Shown here: positions 1 to 10,584 of the stretch, piece after piece
Layout of the letters: every line of letters begins with the position of its first letter
Numbering within the stretch: the stretch's first letter is position 1
Source: Marispirochaeta sp.
GTDB lineage: Bacteria > Spirochaetota > Spirochaetia > JC444 > Marispirochaetaceae
Assembly (NCBI GenBank): GCA_963676835.2
Contig: CAXXFF010000004.1
Coordinates: forward strand, 480,001-544,000
Length of the DNA stretch: 64,000 bases
Direction of reading: 5' to 3'
Notes under the pieces: model-generated
What the model saw: only the letters and a program-made list of their open reading frames with translations
The model's database searches: none
What the model was told of the DNA's origin: nothing
Program-made: the position numbers and the translations under genes

Positions 1-1
1 A

Positions 2-520
2 GGTGTCAGCATGATGCCCGTTCGCGAAGCCCTTTGGCAGCTTGAATCTGAAAAAATAATTGTCATTGAAAGTAACAAAAGAATGTATATAAAAGTTTTG
101 ACCGCAGATGAGATTCAGGAGATTTTTAAAATTCGACTGCATCATGAAGCAATACTCTTGGAGACCAGTTGCAGGAACTTCTCGGAAAACCTGGGGAATA
201 AACTTGATCGTATCATCAATAAAATGAGACAAACAGGACAAAACAAAAAGAGCCGCTTCTTTTATTGGAACAAAGAATTCCATTTCTCTTTATATGAAAA
301 TGCCGAAATGCCCGTAACTCTTTCTATAGTAGAAAATCTCTGGCTCAGACTTGCCCCGTACTTTTCAATTCATGGAGATGATTTACCTATTTTTACTGAC
401 CTTGAACCGCATATCGAAATGATTGAAGGCTTTAAGACCAGCAACACACAGCAGTGCGTAACTGGTCTTAAACGAGACATCAATGAAGCCCAGGAACATA
501 TACTTTCGTTCTACAAATAA
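2..520 (+). CDS. GntR family transcriptional regulator with FCD domain (5' end outside window)
   Basis: Frame open from window edge; GVSMMPVREALWQLESE resembles the GntR wHTH (GVSRTPVREAL); NKEFHFSLY resembles the FCD domain. Confidence 0.85.
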   Translation, partial: GVSMMPVREALWQLESEKIIVIESNKRMYIKVLTADEIQEIFKIRLHHEAILLETSCRNFSENLGNKLDRIINKMRQTGQNKKSRFFYWNKEFHFSLYENAEMPVTLSIVENLWLRLAPYFSIHGDDLPIFTDLEPHIEMIEGFKTSNTQQCVTGLKRDINEAQEHILSFYK

Positions 521-537
521 AAGTCAACAGGCAGGCC

Positions 538-1560
538 TTACAGCCCGCTGCTTTTTTTCAGCTGCTGCCGGAAATCCCTTGCAGCAGCAGTAAGGGTATC
601 TTCCAGCAAATCCTTTTCTGCATCCACAACGGCACCGGCCTTTTCCCACGAGTCTATAACCAGTTCCATCCCCTTTCTCAAGCCCATGGAAGGTGATGCA
701 GATTCTCCGCCAAGGGCTGTCCTTCGGCTGTTATCAAAACAGCCGGCATAGGATTTTTCAAAATAGAGGTGGGCACAGAGGTCCGGATAGGCATAATAGA
801 GAACCGAAGGTGAGATTGCTTCGAATACCGGCTCTCTGCCTACAATATTGCCGATCTCTGTATAAAGATCCCGCCAGATTGTCCGCTCTTCGCTGCAGAC
901 GTGGAATGCTTTCCCGTAGGCTGCCGGGTTACCAGCCAGAGATGCAATCCAGCGTCCCACATCCGGAGCAAAGGAGAAGCTCCAGGGGTGATGTCCATCT
1001 CCAAAAAGGAGAACAGGTTTACCAAGTTTTATACGGTTAACAAGATTATAGTTCTGACGCAGGGTACCCACATTCACCGCGCCGGCGCCGAAAGTGAGGG
1101 AAGGTCTGAATATGGTGAGATGTAAATTTCTGGATTCTGCTTCCGAAACCAGATAGCGTTCCATCTCCGCTTTATCAAAAGAGTAAGGAAACACCGGATC
1201 GGTGGTGAGTATCTCTTTATCTTCCAAAGTGGGCATAGTTACATAAGGCCGCTGATAGGCAGCGACGGAAGAACAGACAAGCAGATGCTCTGTCATTGGG
1301 GCAAACAGATTCAGTGTCTGTTCCGCATCTTTGCGGTTGAAACAGATCATATCTATAATAGCACCGAAGGTTCTGCCTGAAAGAAGTGCTCTAACAGCAG
1401 CTTCATCGCTTCTGTCTGCAGTCAGCTGCTCAACCTCTCCCGGGCGTACCGGATTTCGACTTCCCCGGTTGAGAACTGCTACCGTATCACCCTTTGCAAG
1501 ATGAGCATCCACAATGGCTCTGCTGATAAGCCCGGTACCGCCGAGAACTAAAACATTCAT
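538..1560 (-). CDS. NAD-dependent epimerase/dehydratase family protein
   Basis: VLVLGGTGLIS Rossmann motif, YSFDK (YxxxK), GGAGG SD upstream. Confidence 0.85.
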   Translation of the reverse strand: MNVLVLGGTGLISRAIVDAHLAKGDTVAVLNRGSRNPVRPGEVEQLTADRSDEAAVRALLSGRTFGAIIDMICFNRKDAEQTLNLFAPMTEHLLVCSSVAAYQRPYVTMPTLEDKEILTTDPVFPYSFDKAEMERYLVSEAESRNLHLTIFRPSLTFGAGAVNVGTLRQNYNLVNRIKLGKPVLLFGDGHHPWSFSFAPDVGRWIASLAGNPAAYGKAFHVCSEERTIWRDLYTEIGNIVGREPVFEAISPSVLYYAYPDLCAHLYFEKSYAGCFDNSRRTALGGESASPSMGLRKGMELVIDSWEKAGAVVDAEKDLLEDTLTAAARDFRQQLKKSSGL

Positions 1561-1710
1561 ACGAACCTCCCTCTCTTACCACAGTATACAGGCAATAGCA
1601 GCGGCGCTGTTAAACATTTTGTTTATCCACCCTTAAACTCCCGGTTATGGGATTCAGCAGACTCCTCGGATATCTTCTGTATAACAAAACGAATAAACAG
1701 AGGAGACCCT

Positions 1711-3027
1711 ATGAGATATACCATTTCTGCAGTTCTGATACTTACCCTGCTGGCAGGTGCAGCACTTTCTGTCAGCGCAGAAGAGCAGTTGCTCACCCTT
1801 GAGGATGCCCTTGCCACAGCAAAGGAGAACTCCCTGACCCTCTATACCGCTGATATGGCTCTGGATACAGCGGAATCCAGCTACAAGGCCCGCTTTAATG
1901 CCCTGTATCCGAGCATAAGCGGTACCGGCAGCTTAAGCAGAAGTATCGTATCCCTTACTGATTCGGATACGGTAACCTTAAGCGCCGGATTAAGCGCTTC
2001 CCTTACTCTGAACCCGGCACTCAAAGACGGTATAACGTATCTCAAACAGGCTTATGCAAGTGCAGGACTTGATCGGGAAGAGGCAGAAAAGGCACTGGAA
2101 CGGGATGTAAAGGTGAGCTTTTACAATCTTCTGTACACAGAGAAAGCCATTGAGCTCAACAGACAGAGCATGGAAACACTGAAAGCGGAATATGAACTTG
2201 CCCTCACAGACTACCGCAACGGCAGGATCTCCGAACTGGAACTGCTTACAACCCAGGTTGCGTGGAAAAATATGGAGCCCACCATCGCATCTCTTGAAAC
2301 CAGCTACCGGGAATTGAGGAGCACATTCTTTCTTCTTTTAGGTATTGAGAACAGCAGTGAGATTCAACTGAAAGGCAGCATCGAGCTTCCTGAAAATGCA
2401 GATGCCATTGTACGCCGATCAGCCGATATGAGCAGTAATTTTGATGTTGCGGCCCTGGACAACAGCCTGGCAGAAGCGGAAATAAGCCTGGACAGTACTG
2501 TTCATCAGGGTTTTTACCCCTCCATCGTACTCAGCGCAGGCTATACAGAATCCGCCTATGATCCTCTGGAAGGAAGCACCTGGGAAAACGGATTCAGTGA
2601 TCCATGGTCAGACACCACCAGCCTGAGTCTTGCCGTAAGCATTCCCATCGACAGCTGGCTTCCCGGATCTTCCGTCAAAACAAGTATTACAGAGCAGAAG
2701 AATACTCTTTCGGTACTGGAAAAACAGCGGAGCCAGACTGTACAGAGTGCCGCGGCAGAAACAGCACTGCTTTATGACAACCTTGAAAATTCTCTGCTGA
2801 ATCTTGAATCCCTGGAACTGAGCCTCAAGGTAGCCGAACGTGCCTACGAACTGACCGAAGAAGGCTACCGCAGGGGAACCCAGGAATTCCTGGCCCTCCA
2901 GGAAGCCGAGGACGATCTGAACAGTGCGCGGCAGAACCTTCTGGCAGAAAAGCTCACCTACCTGACCGCACTTTTCGATCTTGAATATGCACTGAACACC
3001 GATGCAGCCGAGCTGCTTGAACAATAA
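1711..3027 (+). CDS. TolC family outer-membrane efflux protein
   Basis: Signal peptide, LTLEDALATA start, two OEP-like helical repeats; first gene of an RND operon; AGGAG SD. Confidence 0.85.
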   Translation: MRYTISAVLILTLLAGAALSVSAEEQLLTLEDALATAKENSLTLYTADMALDTAESSYKARFNALYPSISGTGSLSRSIVSLTDSDTVTLSAGLSASLTLNPALKDGITYLKQAYASAGLDREEAEKALERDVKVSFYNLLYTEKAIELNRQSMETLKAEYELALTDYRNGRISELELLTTQVAWKNMEPTIASLETSYRELRSTFFLLLGIENSSEIQLKGSIELPENADAIVRRSADMSSNFDVAALDNSLAEAEISLDSTVHQGFYPSIVLSAGYTESAYDPLEGSTWENGFSDPWSDTTSLSLAVSIPIDSWLPGSSVKTSITEQKNTLSVLEKQRSQTVQSAAAETALLYDNLENSLLNLESLELSLKVAERAYELTEEGYRRGTQEFLALQEAEDDLNSARQNLLAEKLTYLTALFDLEYALNTDAAELLEQ

Positions 3028-3050
3028 AAAGAACAACCAAGGAGTTATAT

Positions 3051-4019
3051 ATGAAGAACCATAAAGGACTTGTTATTTTAATCGCCCTGCTTGCAGTAGC
3101 CGGAGGGTTTTTTCTTTTCGCATCCTCGGGAAAATCACTCCCCGGATTTCCCGGACAGCAGGGAGGCTTAAGCCTCGAAGACCAGATTGAAACAGTTCCG
3201 GTAAAAACCATGCCGGTAACCGCAGGAACCCTTGAAGACTACATCCGCATCTCCGGCGACGTGAAAGCGGCTTCCTCTATTGAAGTATATCCCGATGTTG
3301 CGGGTACCCTTTCATCAATCACCGTACACACCGGTGAGTTTGTACAGGCAGGCAGCAGTCTTGCCCTGGTCGACCCCAGCCGCCCGGGAGCGGATTACAG
3401 TAAAAGCCCGGTGGAAGCTCCAATATCCGGTACAGTAACGGAAATTTTCACCGATGAAGGGGAAACAGTTTCCACCTCTGTCCCGGTACTGAAAATCGGC
3501 AGGCTCGACAGCCTGGAGGTAAAAACCTGGGTTTCCGAGAAATATGTAAACCGGGTGGAAACAGGACAGACTGCATGGATCACCACCGACGCAATTCCCG
3601 GCCGCAGTATAAAAGCCCGGGTAAGTATGGTATACCCCGTTGTAGATACAACATCCCGGACCATGGAAATACGATTGGCCCTGACCGGCAATACCAGCGG
3701 TCTTAAAGCGGGTATGCTTGCGGATATTACCCTGGTACTCGAGACAAAGGAAAACAGCCTCAAGGTACCCGAATCTGCTGTTATCGAGCGCTCCGGCGGC
3801 ACTTATGTATTTGTTGTATCCGGCTCCAGCGTCTCCATGACCGAAGTTGAGACAGGTCTGACTGTGGACGGTATAAGCGAAATTACCAGCGGACTGAACG
3901 AAGGCGACACCATTGTCTTTTCCGGCATGAGCATGCTCACCGACGGTACGGCAATACGGGTAATCAGCGAATCCGAAGGTCTGTCCGTCTCAGGCAACGT
4001 GGAGGCAGACAATGCTTAA
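3051..4019 (+). CDS. RND efflux periplasmic adaptor (membrane fusion protein)
   Basis: N-terminal membrane anchor, lipoyl-like APISGTV, YPVVDTTSRT, LKAGM, VPESAV motifs. Confidence 0.9.
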   Translation: MKNHKGLVILIALLAVAGGFFLFASSGKSLPGFPGQQGGLSLEDQIETVPVKTMPVTAGTLEDYIRISGDVKAASSIEVYPDVAGTLSSITVHTGEFVQAGSSLALVDPSRPGADYSKSPVEAPISGTVTEIFTDEGETVSTSVPVLKIGRLDSLEVKTWVSEKYVNRVETGQTAWITTDAIPGRSIKARVSMVYPVVDTTSRTMEIRLALTGNTSGLKAGMLADITLVLETKENSLKVPESAVIERSGGTYVFVVSGSSVSMTEVETGLTVDGISEITSGLNEGDTIVFSGMSMLTDGTAIRVISESEGLSVSGNVEADNA

Positions 4020-7000
4020 AAACCTTATCCAGAGGCCCCTGACGGTTCTTACCGTCTTTGTCCTGCTGACCCTTCTGGGGCTCTTTATGGTCTCCACCCT
4101 GCCGGTGGACCTTTTTCCCGACACAGATATGCCCGTTGTGTTTACCCGGACCAGCTACTCCGGCGCCGGAGCCGAAGAGGTGGAAAGCGAACTCACGGAT
4201 GTACTTGAAGCGCAGTTCTTTACCCTTGAAGGGCTGGAATCCATGACTTCCACCTCAACCGAAGGAAGCTCCTCTATTCTTCTGGAATTTGAATACGGAA
4301 CGGACCTCGAGGCGATCAAGAATGACATGCGGGACAAGATTGACCGCATAGCAAACTCCCTCCCCGATGATGCGGATGAACCGATAATGATGGAGTTTGA
4401 CCCGAACTCCCAGCCTATTCTCAGTATATCCGTGCAGGGCGACCGCACCATAGAAGAGATCTATGACATTGCCGAAGAGGTAATTCAGCCGAAGCTTGAG
4501 CAGGTTCCCAATGTATCAAACGTGGAGATCACCGGCGGAAGGGACCGCATTATCAGCGTTTCCATAGCTAAAAACCGGCTGGACGCTTTCGGTCTTTCAA
4601 TGACATCCGTAGGCTCCGCCCTGAGTACCCAGAATCTTACCCTCGGTGCAGGAAGCGCCGAAACCGGCGGCATCGAATATCAGATCCGTGCATCCGGAAC
4701 CTACGATTCGATCGAGCAGATAGGCGATACCCTGATAACAAGCGTCACCTCCGACGGCGAGAAACACAAGGTGTACCTCCGGGACATTGCGGACATCAGC
4801 TTTGCCAGTGAGGACGAAAGCAGCCGGGTCTACCTGGACGGTCTTCCTTCTATTCAGGTGCAGGCCTATAAAAAGACCGGAACAAACACCGTAGAGGTAG
4901 CTTCCGACCTTAAGGCCGCCCTGGAAGAGATTGCAACCGAGCTTCCAGACGGTGTATCAACCCTGATAACTTCCGATGAATCCTCCACCATCAGTGACAG
5001 CCTGAGTTCTGTAATGAGCTCCGCCATGCTGGGAATCCTGTCTGCGGTCTTTATTCTGCTCATTTTTCTGCGACAGATAAAAAGTACCCTCATAATCGCC
5101 ATTACCATTCCTGTATCTATTCTGATTACTGTTATGGGAATGAGCCTGGGCGGACTCACATTCAACCTGGTTGCCCTTACCGGACTAACCCTTGGTGTGG
5201 GAATGATCGTGGATAACTCGATTGTAATAATCGAAAACATATTCTCCCACCGGGAGCGGGGAGAACGGCTGCTGGCTGCCGGACTTTTCGGCACCAAGGA
5301 GATGATTACCGCCATTACCGCCTCTACCCTTACCACAATCTCGGTATTTCTTCCCATAGTTCTCTTCAAGAATGATCTGGGTTTTATGGGCACAATCTTC
5401 GGCAGTATGGCCTTTACGGTTATTATGTCCCTTACCTCTTCTCTTTTTGTTGCGGTTCTGCTGGTGCCCGTCCTGGCCACCCACTATCTGAGTATTCATA
5501 TCCGTTCGGAAAAACCGGTACGCAACGGCTTTCTCAAGGTTCTGGACGGTGCCATTGAGGCTGTACTCAGCCGGATCACCCGACAGTACCGCGGCATCCT
5601 CTCCTGGACACTGAAAAACCGTCTGGTAACTGCCGGTGCATTTCTTGTTCTGCTGACCCTGGCACTGCTGCAGATTCCCAACCTGGGACTCAGCCTGCAG
5701 CCCTCCGGTATGAGTGAGAGTATCAGTCTGAATGTGGAACTCCCCCTGGGATCATCCCTGGATTCCACCGAAGAGGTACTGGATGAAATTCTGGCCATGG
5801 CGGAAAAGGATATTGACGGGTATGCCGGCATAAGTATTACTTCAGGATCCAACAGTACTTCATATCAGGGTAAACTGACGGTAATTCTTCCTTCCGTTGC
5901 AGATCGCACCATGAGCACCGAAGATATCAAGACCGTATTGCGGGGCTACTTCAGCCTCTATCCCGACGCAAGCTTCAGCTTCGGCGGCCGTATGGGTCCC
6001 ATGGCTTCAGGAGATATCAATATTCTGGTTCAGGGCGATAACCTGGACGAGCTGATGGCCTACGCAGAATCTGCAAAGGAGCTGATCGAAGAGAAGGTTC
6101 CCAACCTGACAGAAGTGTCTCTGGACATGAGCGACGGTCTTCCCCAGTGGGAAATTGTTATGGACCGGGACAAGATTTACGACCTCGGTCTGAACATCAA
6201 CTCCGTTGCCCAGGAGATCTACTACCAGATAAGCGGCTATACCGCCACAACCCTGACCGACGAAAACGAGGATACCTACGATGTAGTACTCCGGCTGAAC
6301 GAAGATGACCGTAGTACCCTTAAAGACCTGGAAAGCCTCTTTGTCCTGAACAGTTCCGGAAGCAAGATTCCCGTATCGAGCTTTGCCTCGCTGGTTCAGA
6401 ACACCGGGCCCACCAAGATTTCCCATACCGACAAGGAACGGACAATTACCCTTTCGGGAGACCTGGCCCAGGGAGCAAAAGCGAACTTTGTAGAATCTGA
6501 AATCCGCGATCTCCTTGATTCAGAACTTCCCCCGGACCCGGGCATATCTCTGGTCTACAAGGGAGAAATGCAGGATGTAAACGAAACCGGCGGTGTACTG
6601 CTGAAGGTTCTTGCCATCGCAATACTGCTTGTATTCGGAGTAATGGTGAGCCAGTTTGAATCCCTCAGGGCTCCCTTTATTATAGTTCTGGCCATGCCCA
6701 TGCTTGCCATCGGTGTAATCGGGATATTCCTGATTACCGGCCTGAGTTTCGACATGATTGCTCTCATCGGCGTGGTAATGCTCTCGGGAATGGTTGTAAA
6801 CAACGGAATCGTTCTGGTTGACTATATCAACCTGCTGAGAAAGCGGGGCAGCTCCCTCTACGATGCCTGTCTTGAGGGTGGAGTCAGCAGGCTGCGGCCC
6901 ATACTGATGACTACCATGACAACCATTGCCACCATGGTTCCCCTGGCATTCTTTGCCGGAGAAGAGGGAATGCAGATGCAGGGCCTCGCCATGACTGTAG

Positions 7001-7113
7001 TCGGCGGACTTTCGGTAAACACATTGATAACCCTGGTATTTGTACCGGTACTCTACAGCCTTTTCTACCGTAAAGACCAGGTAAAAAGCACTGCCCTGGA
7101 GGCAAAGATATGA
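4012..7113 (+). CDS. RND efflux permease (AcrB/AcrD/AcrF family)
   Basis: 1033 aa; LPVDLFP, GMIVDNSIVIIEN, SRLRPILMTT motifs. Confidence 0.95.
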   Translation: MLKNLIQRPLTVLTVFVLLTLLGLFMVSTLPVDLFPDTDMPVVFTRTSYSGAGAEEVESELTDVLEAQFFTLEGLESMTSTSTEGSSSILLEFEYGTDLEAIKNDMRDKIDRIANSLPDDADEPIMMEFDPNSQPILSISVQGDRTIEEIYDIAEEVIQPKLEQVPNVSNVEITGGRDRIISVSIAKNRLDAFGLSMTSVGSALSTQNLTLGAGSAETGGIEYQIRASGTYDSIEQIGDTLITSVTSDGEKHKVYLRDIADISFASEDESSRVYLDGLPSIQVQAYKKTGTNTVEVASDLKAALEEIATELPDGVSTLITSDESSTISDSLSSVMSSAMLGILSAVFILLIFLRQIKSTLIIAITIPVSILITVMGMSLGGLTFNLVALTGLTLGVGMIVDNSIVIIENIFSHRERGERLLAAGLFGTKEMITAITASTLTTISVFLPIVLFKNDLGFMGTIFGSMAFTVIMSLTSSLFVAVLLVPVLATHYLSIHIRSEKPVRNGFLKVLDGAIEAVLSRITRQYRGILSWTLKNRLVTAGAFLVLLTLALLQIPNLGLSLQPSGMSESISLNVELPLGSSLDSTEEVLDEILAMAEKDIDGYAGISITSGSNSTSYQGKLTVILPSVADRTMSTEDIKTVLRGYFSLYPDASFSFGGRMGPMASGDINILVQGDNLDELMAYAESAKELIEEKVPNLTEVSLDMSDGLPQWEIVMDRDKIYDLGLNINSVAQEIYYQISGYTATTLTDENEDTYDVVLRLNEDDRSTLKDLESLFVLNSSGSKIPVSSFASLVQNTGPTKISHTDKERTITLSGDLAQGAKANFVESEIRDLLDSELPPDPGISLVYKGEMQDVNETGGVLLKVLAIAILLVFGVMVSQFESLRAPFIIVLAMPMLAIGVIGIFLITGLSFDMIALIGVVMLSGMVVNNGIVLVDYINLLRKRGSSLYDACLEGGVSRLRPILMTTMTTIATMVPLAFFAGEEGMQMQGLAMTVVGGLSVNTLITLVFVPVLYSLFYRKDQVKSTALEAKI

Positions 7114-7409
7114 ACCGTATAGACATTATGCTTGATCAGACCATTGAAGATATCTTTATCGAACGGCTGTACACACAGCTGCCGGACCGCCCCTTTACCC
7201 TGATGCGGGGCGTCCTTGGAAACGGGGCCTCCGGGCCCCGCATGGGTACCGCCGTATGGCCGGAGGAAAACTCCCTGTTTATTCTGTACACAGGAGAGGA
7301 AGAGACGGCTGTTATAAAGTCCATTCTCACAGAGATGCGGCAGGTTCACCCGAACAACGGAATCAGCGCTTTCGTGACCCCCGAGGCGTATGAGCTGATG
7401 CCGGAGTAG
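7110..7409 (+). CDS. Small RND-associated protein (PG0541-like, P-II-like)
   Basis: ATGA overlap with the permease stop; GNGASGPRMGTAVWPEEN motif typical of small proteins after RND permeases. Confidence 0.65.
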   Translation: MNRIDIMLDQTIEDIFIERLYTQLPDRPFTLMRGVLGNGASGPRMGTAVWPEENSLFILYTGEEETAVIKSILTEMRQVHPNNGISAFVTPEAYELMPE

Positions 7410-7532
7410 GAGAGATACCTCTTACCCGGGTGAGGGTCGGATTCACAGGATTGAGGTTAATATTAGTAACGATCCGATTAGGAACACTCCACGAGAGAAT
7501 TCCCCCGGATTTCATGCTATAGTGAGCAGGAT

Positions 7533-8237
7533 ATGCAGGCCAAGGTACTGGTAATAGAAGACGAACCGGAAATTGCTGAAATAATCTCCCTTTATCTTAC
7601 AAAGGAAGGAATTAATACAGTTTCCGCCGGTTCCGGAGAAGAAGGTCTCAGGTTGATTGCCGGAGGCGATATCGATCTGGTGATCCTCGATATAAATCTC
7701 CCGGGAATGGACGGCTACGAGGTGCTTCAGGCCCTGCGCAGGGATTATACCTTTCCTGTAATCATTGTATCCGCCCGGACAGACGATGCGGATATGATCC
7801 TGGGCTTCGGTTTCGGTGCCGACGACTTTGTACCGAAACCCTTCTCTCCCAAGGTACTTTCTGCCCGGGTGCGGGCCCATCTGCGCCGGCGCAATGTTTA
7901 CACCTCTGACCGTGAAGAGATTCGCATCGGAGAATACCGTCTGGATGCGGAAGCACGGATGCTGCGGAGAGTACGCAGCGAAGGTGCACCGGAAACCATG
8001 GCCTTGAGCCCCAAGGAGATTGAACTGCTCATCGACCTGGCAAAACACCGGGGAAGGGCCCGCAGCTCCGAAGAGCTCTATGAAACAGTCTGGGGAAACG
8101 AATTCGGCGATATTGCCACAGTTGCAGTACATATCCAGCGTCTCAGGCGCAAGATTGAAGAAGACCCCGCCAGCCCCAGGCTGGTACTCACATTGAAAGG
8201 CTTCGGCTATATGCTGGCACCGGAGGAAGGCGAATGA
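7533..8237 (+). CDS. OmpR/PhoB family response regulator
   Basis: VIEDE, LDINLPGMDG, KPFSP receiver motifs; wHTH VAVHIQRLRRKIE...GFGY. Confidence 0.95.
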   Translation: MQAKVLVIEDEPEIAEIISLYLTKEGINTVSAGSGEEGLRLIAGGDIDLVILDINLPGMDGYEVLQALRRDYTFPVIIVSARTDDADMILGFGFGADDFVPKPFSPKVLSARVRAHLRRRNVYTSDREEIRIGEYRLDAEARMLRRVRSEGAPETMALSPKEIELLIDLAKHRGRARSSEELYETVWGNEFGDIATVAVHIQRLRRKIEEDPASPRLVLTLKGFGYMLAPEEGE

Positions 8238-9595
8238 CCCTGCGCAGCCGCTTCAACCTTCTCTTTCTTTTTGTTGCGCTGGTACCCCTTACCCTGCCGG
8301 TAATGGGTTATTTCTATTTCAAACTGTCAGCAGAAGAATCAGTGGTCCAGGAAATAACCGCCGCTCCCCCTTTTGTAACAAAAGACCTGCACCGGATTAT
8401 AGACGGCACCATCGCCCCGAAAGAGATTGAAGAACGGGTGCTGATTGTAATATACGGAAAGGACAATCCCGTATATGTGAGCCCCCGGGTCCAGCAGTTT
8501 ATGGAAAAGAACAACCTGGACAACTCCGAAATGGAGTTCCGCCACGGGGGGCTTGAGATACTTGAAGCCCTGAACCGCGACCAGAGACACATAACCATCG
8601 GCAATGCCCTGTTTACCTACAGAGGTACACCGGGACTCGTTTTTTTCAGCTTTGAACGGGAAAAACCACTGCTCTATATTCTGGGTGACCCCCTGACCAC
8701 CCTTACGGTAGTTTTTATATTTATTATTCTGATTCCCCTTCTGATAAGCGGCCGTTTTCTAATCTCACTGCGGCGCAGTTTGAGCAGTCTTGAAAAAGGA
8801 GCAGCAGAAATCAGCATGGGAAATCTGTCCAGGGAAGTGCCGGTTCCCAATGATCCGGAGCTGAAGCCGGTATTTGAAGCCTTTGAAGGGATGAGAAAAC
8901 GGCTCAAGGAAGACCAGCTCCAGCAGTCCAGGTTTATTATGTCCGTCTCCCACGACCTGAAAACACCCCTTACATCCATCCGGGGCTTTGTGGAAGCCAT
9001 GGAGGACGGTCTGGTAGACGATGCAGAACAGAGAAAACGTTACTACAGGGTTATCCGTGAAAAAACCGATCTTCTGGAAGAACGGATTACCGAGCTTATA
9101 GAGGTGACAAAAATATCCACCGAAGGCTGGCAGCGGGGCTTTACCTCCATCGGGGTAAAGGAGTTTCTTGAAGAACTGTTACAGCGCTACAGTCTGGAAG
9201 CGGAATCTCGCAAGGTTATGTTTAATTCTGCAATAGAACTATCAGACGAAATCTCCATAAAGGGAGACCGGAAAATGCTTACCCGGGCAGTGGAGAACCT
9301 GCTGGATAACGCCGTCCGCTACAGCGGAGAATCACCTGCAATCCGTGCCTATTCGGATATGCAGGAAGGAAAGCTCTGTATCCGTATCGAAGATTCCGGC
9401 CCCGGCATAAACCCGAATGATGCCCCCAACCTCTTCAAACCCTTTTACCGGGGAGACAAAGGCAGAAACAGCCGGGGCATCGGACTTGGCTTGAGCTCGG
9501 TAAAGGAGATTGCCGAGGCCCACGGCGGAACAGTAGGAATTGTGGAGAGCTCTCTGGGCGGAGCCGGAATAGAAATTATTCTGCCGGTGGAATAG
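8234..9595 (+). CDS. HAMP-domain sensor histidine kinase
   Basis: Two TM segments; SHDLKTPLT H-box, NLLDNA, DSGPG, GIGLGL; ATGA overlap with the regulator. Confidence 0.95.
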   Translation: MTLRSRFNLLFLFVALVPLTLPVMGYFYFKLSAEESVVQEITAAPPFVTKDLHRIIDGTIAPKEIEERVLIVIYGKDNPVYVSPRVQQFMEKNNLDNSEMEFRHGGLEILEALNRDQRHITIGNALFTYRGTPGLVFFSFEREKPLLYILGDPLTTLTVVFIFIILIPLLISGRFLISLRRSLSSLEKGAAEISMGNLSREVPVPNDPELKPVFEAFEGMRKRLKEDQLQQSRFIMSVSHDLKTPLTSIRGFVEAMEDGLVDDAEQRKRYYRVIREKTDLLEERITELIEVTKISTEGWQRGFTSIGVKEFLEELLQRYSLEAESRKVMFNSAIELSDEISIKGDRKMLTRAVENLLDNAVRYSGESPAIRAYSDMQEGKLCIRIEDSGPGINPNDAPNLFKPFYRGDKGRNSRGIGLGLSSVKEIAEAHGGTVGIVESSLGGAGIEIILPVE

Positions 9596-9669
9596 AAGAG
9601 CGGGTTCTATTTCCTTTCTGATGCCGCTTATCCTCTCTGCACCTGCTGCAATGGATAGACCGCCGATGT

Positions 9670-10584
9670 TCAGTTGCGGCTGAACCGGTAAATAGTTTCA
9701 TTCCCCCCGTTATAGTCCGCAACCCACAGTGAGTCACCGTAAACCGCCAGGCCAAGGGCGGATGAGAAACTGCCGAAGGACCCCTTGTAATTTCCGGATG
9801 TATCAAAGACTGAGATACAGGTATAGCCGTCTATAACCAGGATTTCATCATGGGAGTTAATTGCCAGATCATGTGGCGATGACAGGATACTGCCTCCGAA
9901 AGAAACTCCCACTGCGGACAGGGAAGAATACTTTCGTACGTCACCATCCCAGGAATAGGCGACATATAAATTGCCAGAAGAATCCAGTGCCAATGCATTG
10001 CCGCAGTCATTGGAAACGGGAAAGGTACGGGAATCGTAGGGCGATCCATCCAGATCGGTCTTTTCCAGCCGATGGCTGGCGGTTGAACCAAACCAGAGAA
10101 AATAGTGGGAACTCGAATTCGAAGCCAGAGCATACGCCAGGAGAGGATCCGAACTGCGGGACTCAATTACAGTTTCAGCACTTACATATGAGACAACATT
10201 TTTCCTTACAAAACGGTGGTTGTTTTTATCTGCAATATAGAGATCACCACCTACCAGGGTAACAGCTGTCGGCTGATCCGGTTTGGTAACGAACCAGTTA
10301 GTGAAATCCGCGATACTGGTTCCGTCATGAGCATAACGATAGATCGGGTCCGGATCGAGACCCGTCGAAATTCCGGCGAAGACAACATAGCTGCTGTCAG
10401 CAGCCAAAGACATACCCCCGGAGTAATCATAGGAGGCGGCATTGTTGACAGTCCAATCGCCAACAAGGGAGTACAGATTGTTTGTGTAGTGGGATGAAGA
10501 ACTCCCTGCACCGCCGCCTCCGCAGGACACAGCTAAAAGTACTGTTAGCAAAAACAGAATAAACAGGTGAGGTTTGTGTTTCAT
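9670..10584 (-). CDS. Lipoprotein with NHL-like beta-propeller repeats
   Basis: Lipobox LAVSC; repeats LYIADKNNHR, LALDSSGNLYVA, PHDLAINSHDEILVID, LWVAD; AAGGAG SD. Confidence 0.7.
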   Translation of the reverse strand: MKHKPHLFILFLLTVLLAVSCGGGGAGSSSSHYTNNLYSLVGDWTVNNAASYDYSGGMSLAADSSYVVFAGISTGLDPDPIYRYAHDGTSIADFTNWFVTKPDQPTAVTLVGGDLYIADKNNHRFVRKNVVSYVSAETVIESRSSDPLLAYALASNSSSHYFLWFGSTASHRLEKTDLDGSPYDSRTFPVSNDCGNALALDSSGNLYVAYSWDGDVRKYSSLSAVGVSFGGSILSSPHDLAINSHDEILVIDGYTCISVFDTSGNYKGSFGSFSSALGLAVYGDSLWVADYNGGNETIYRFSRN

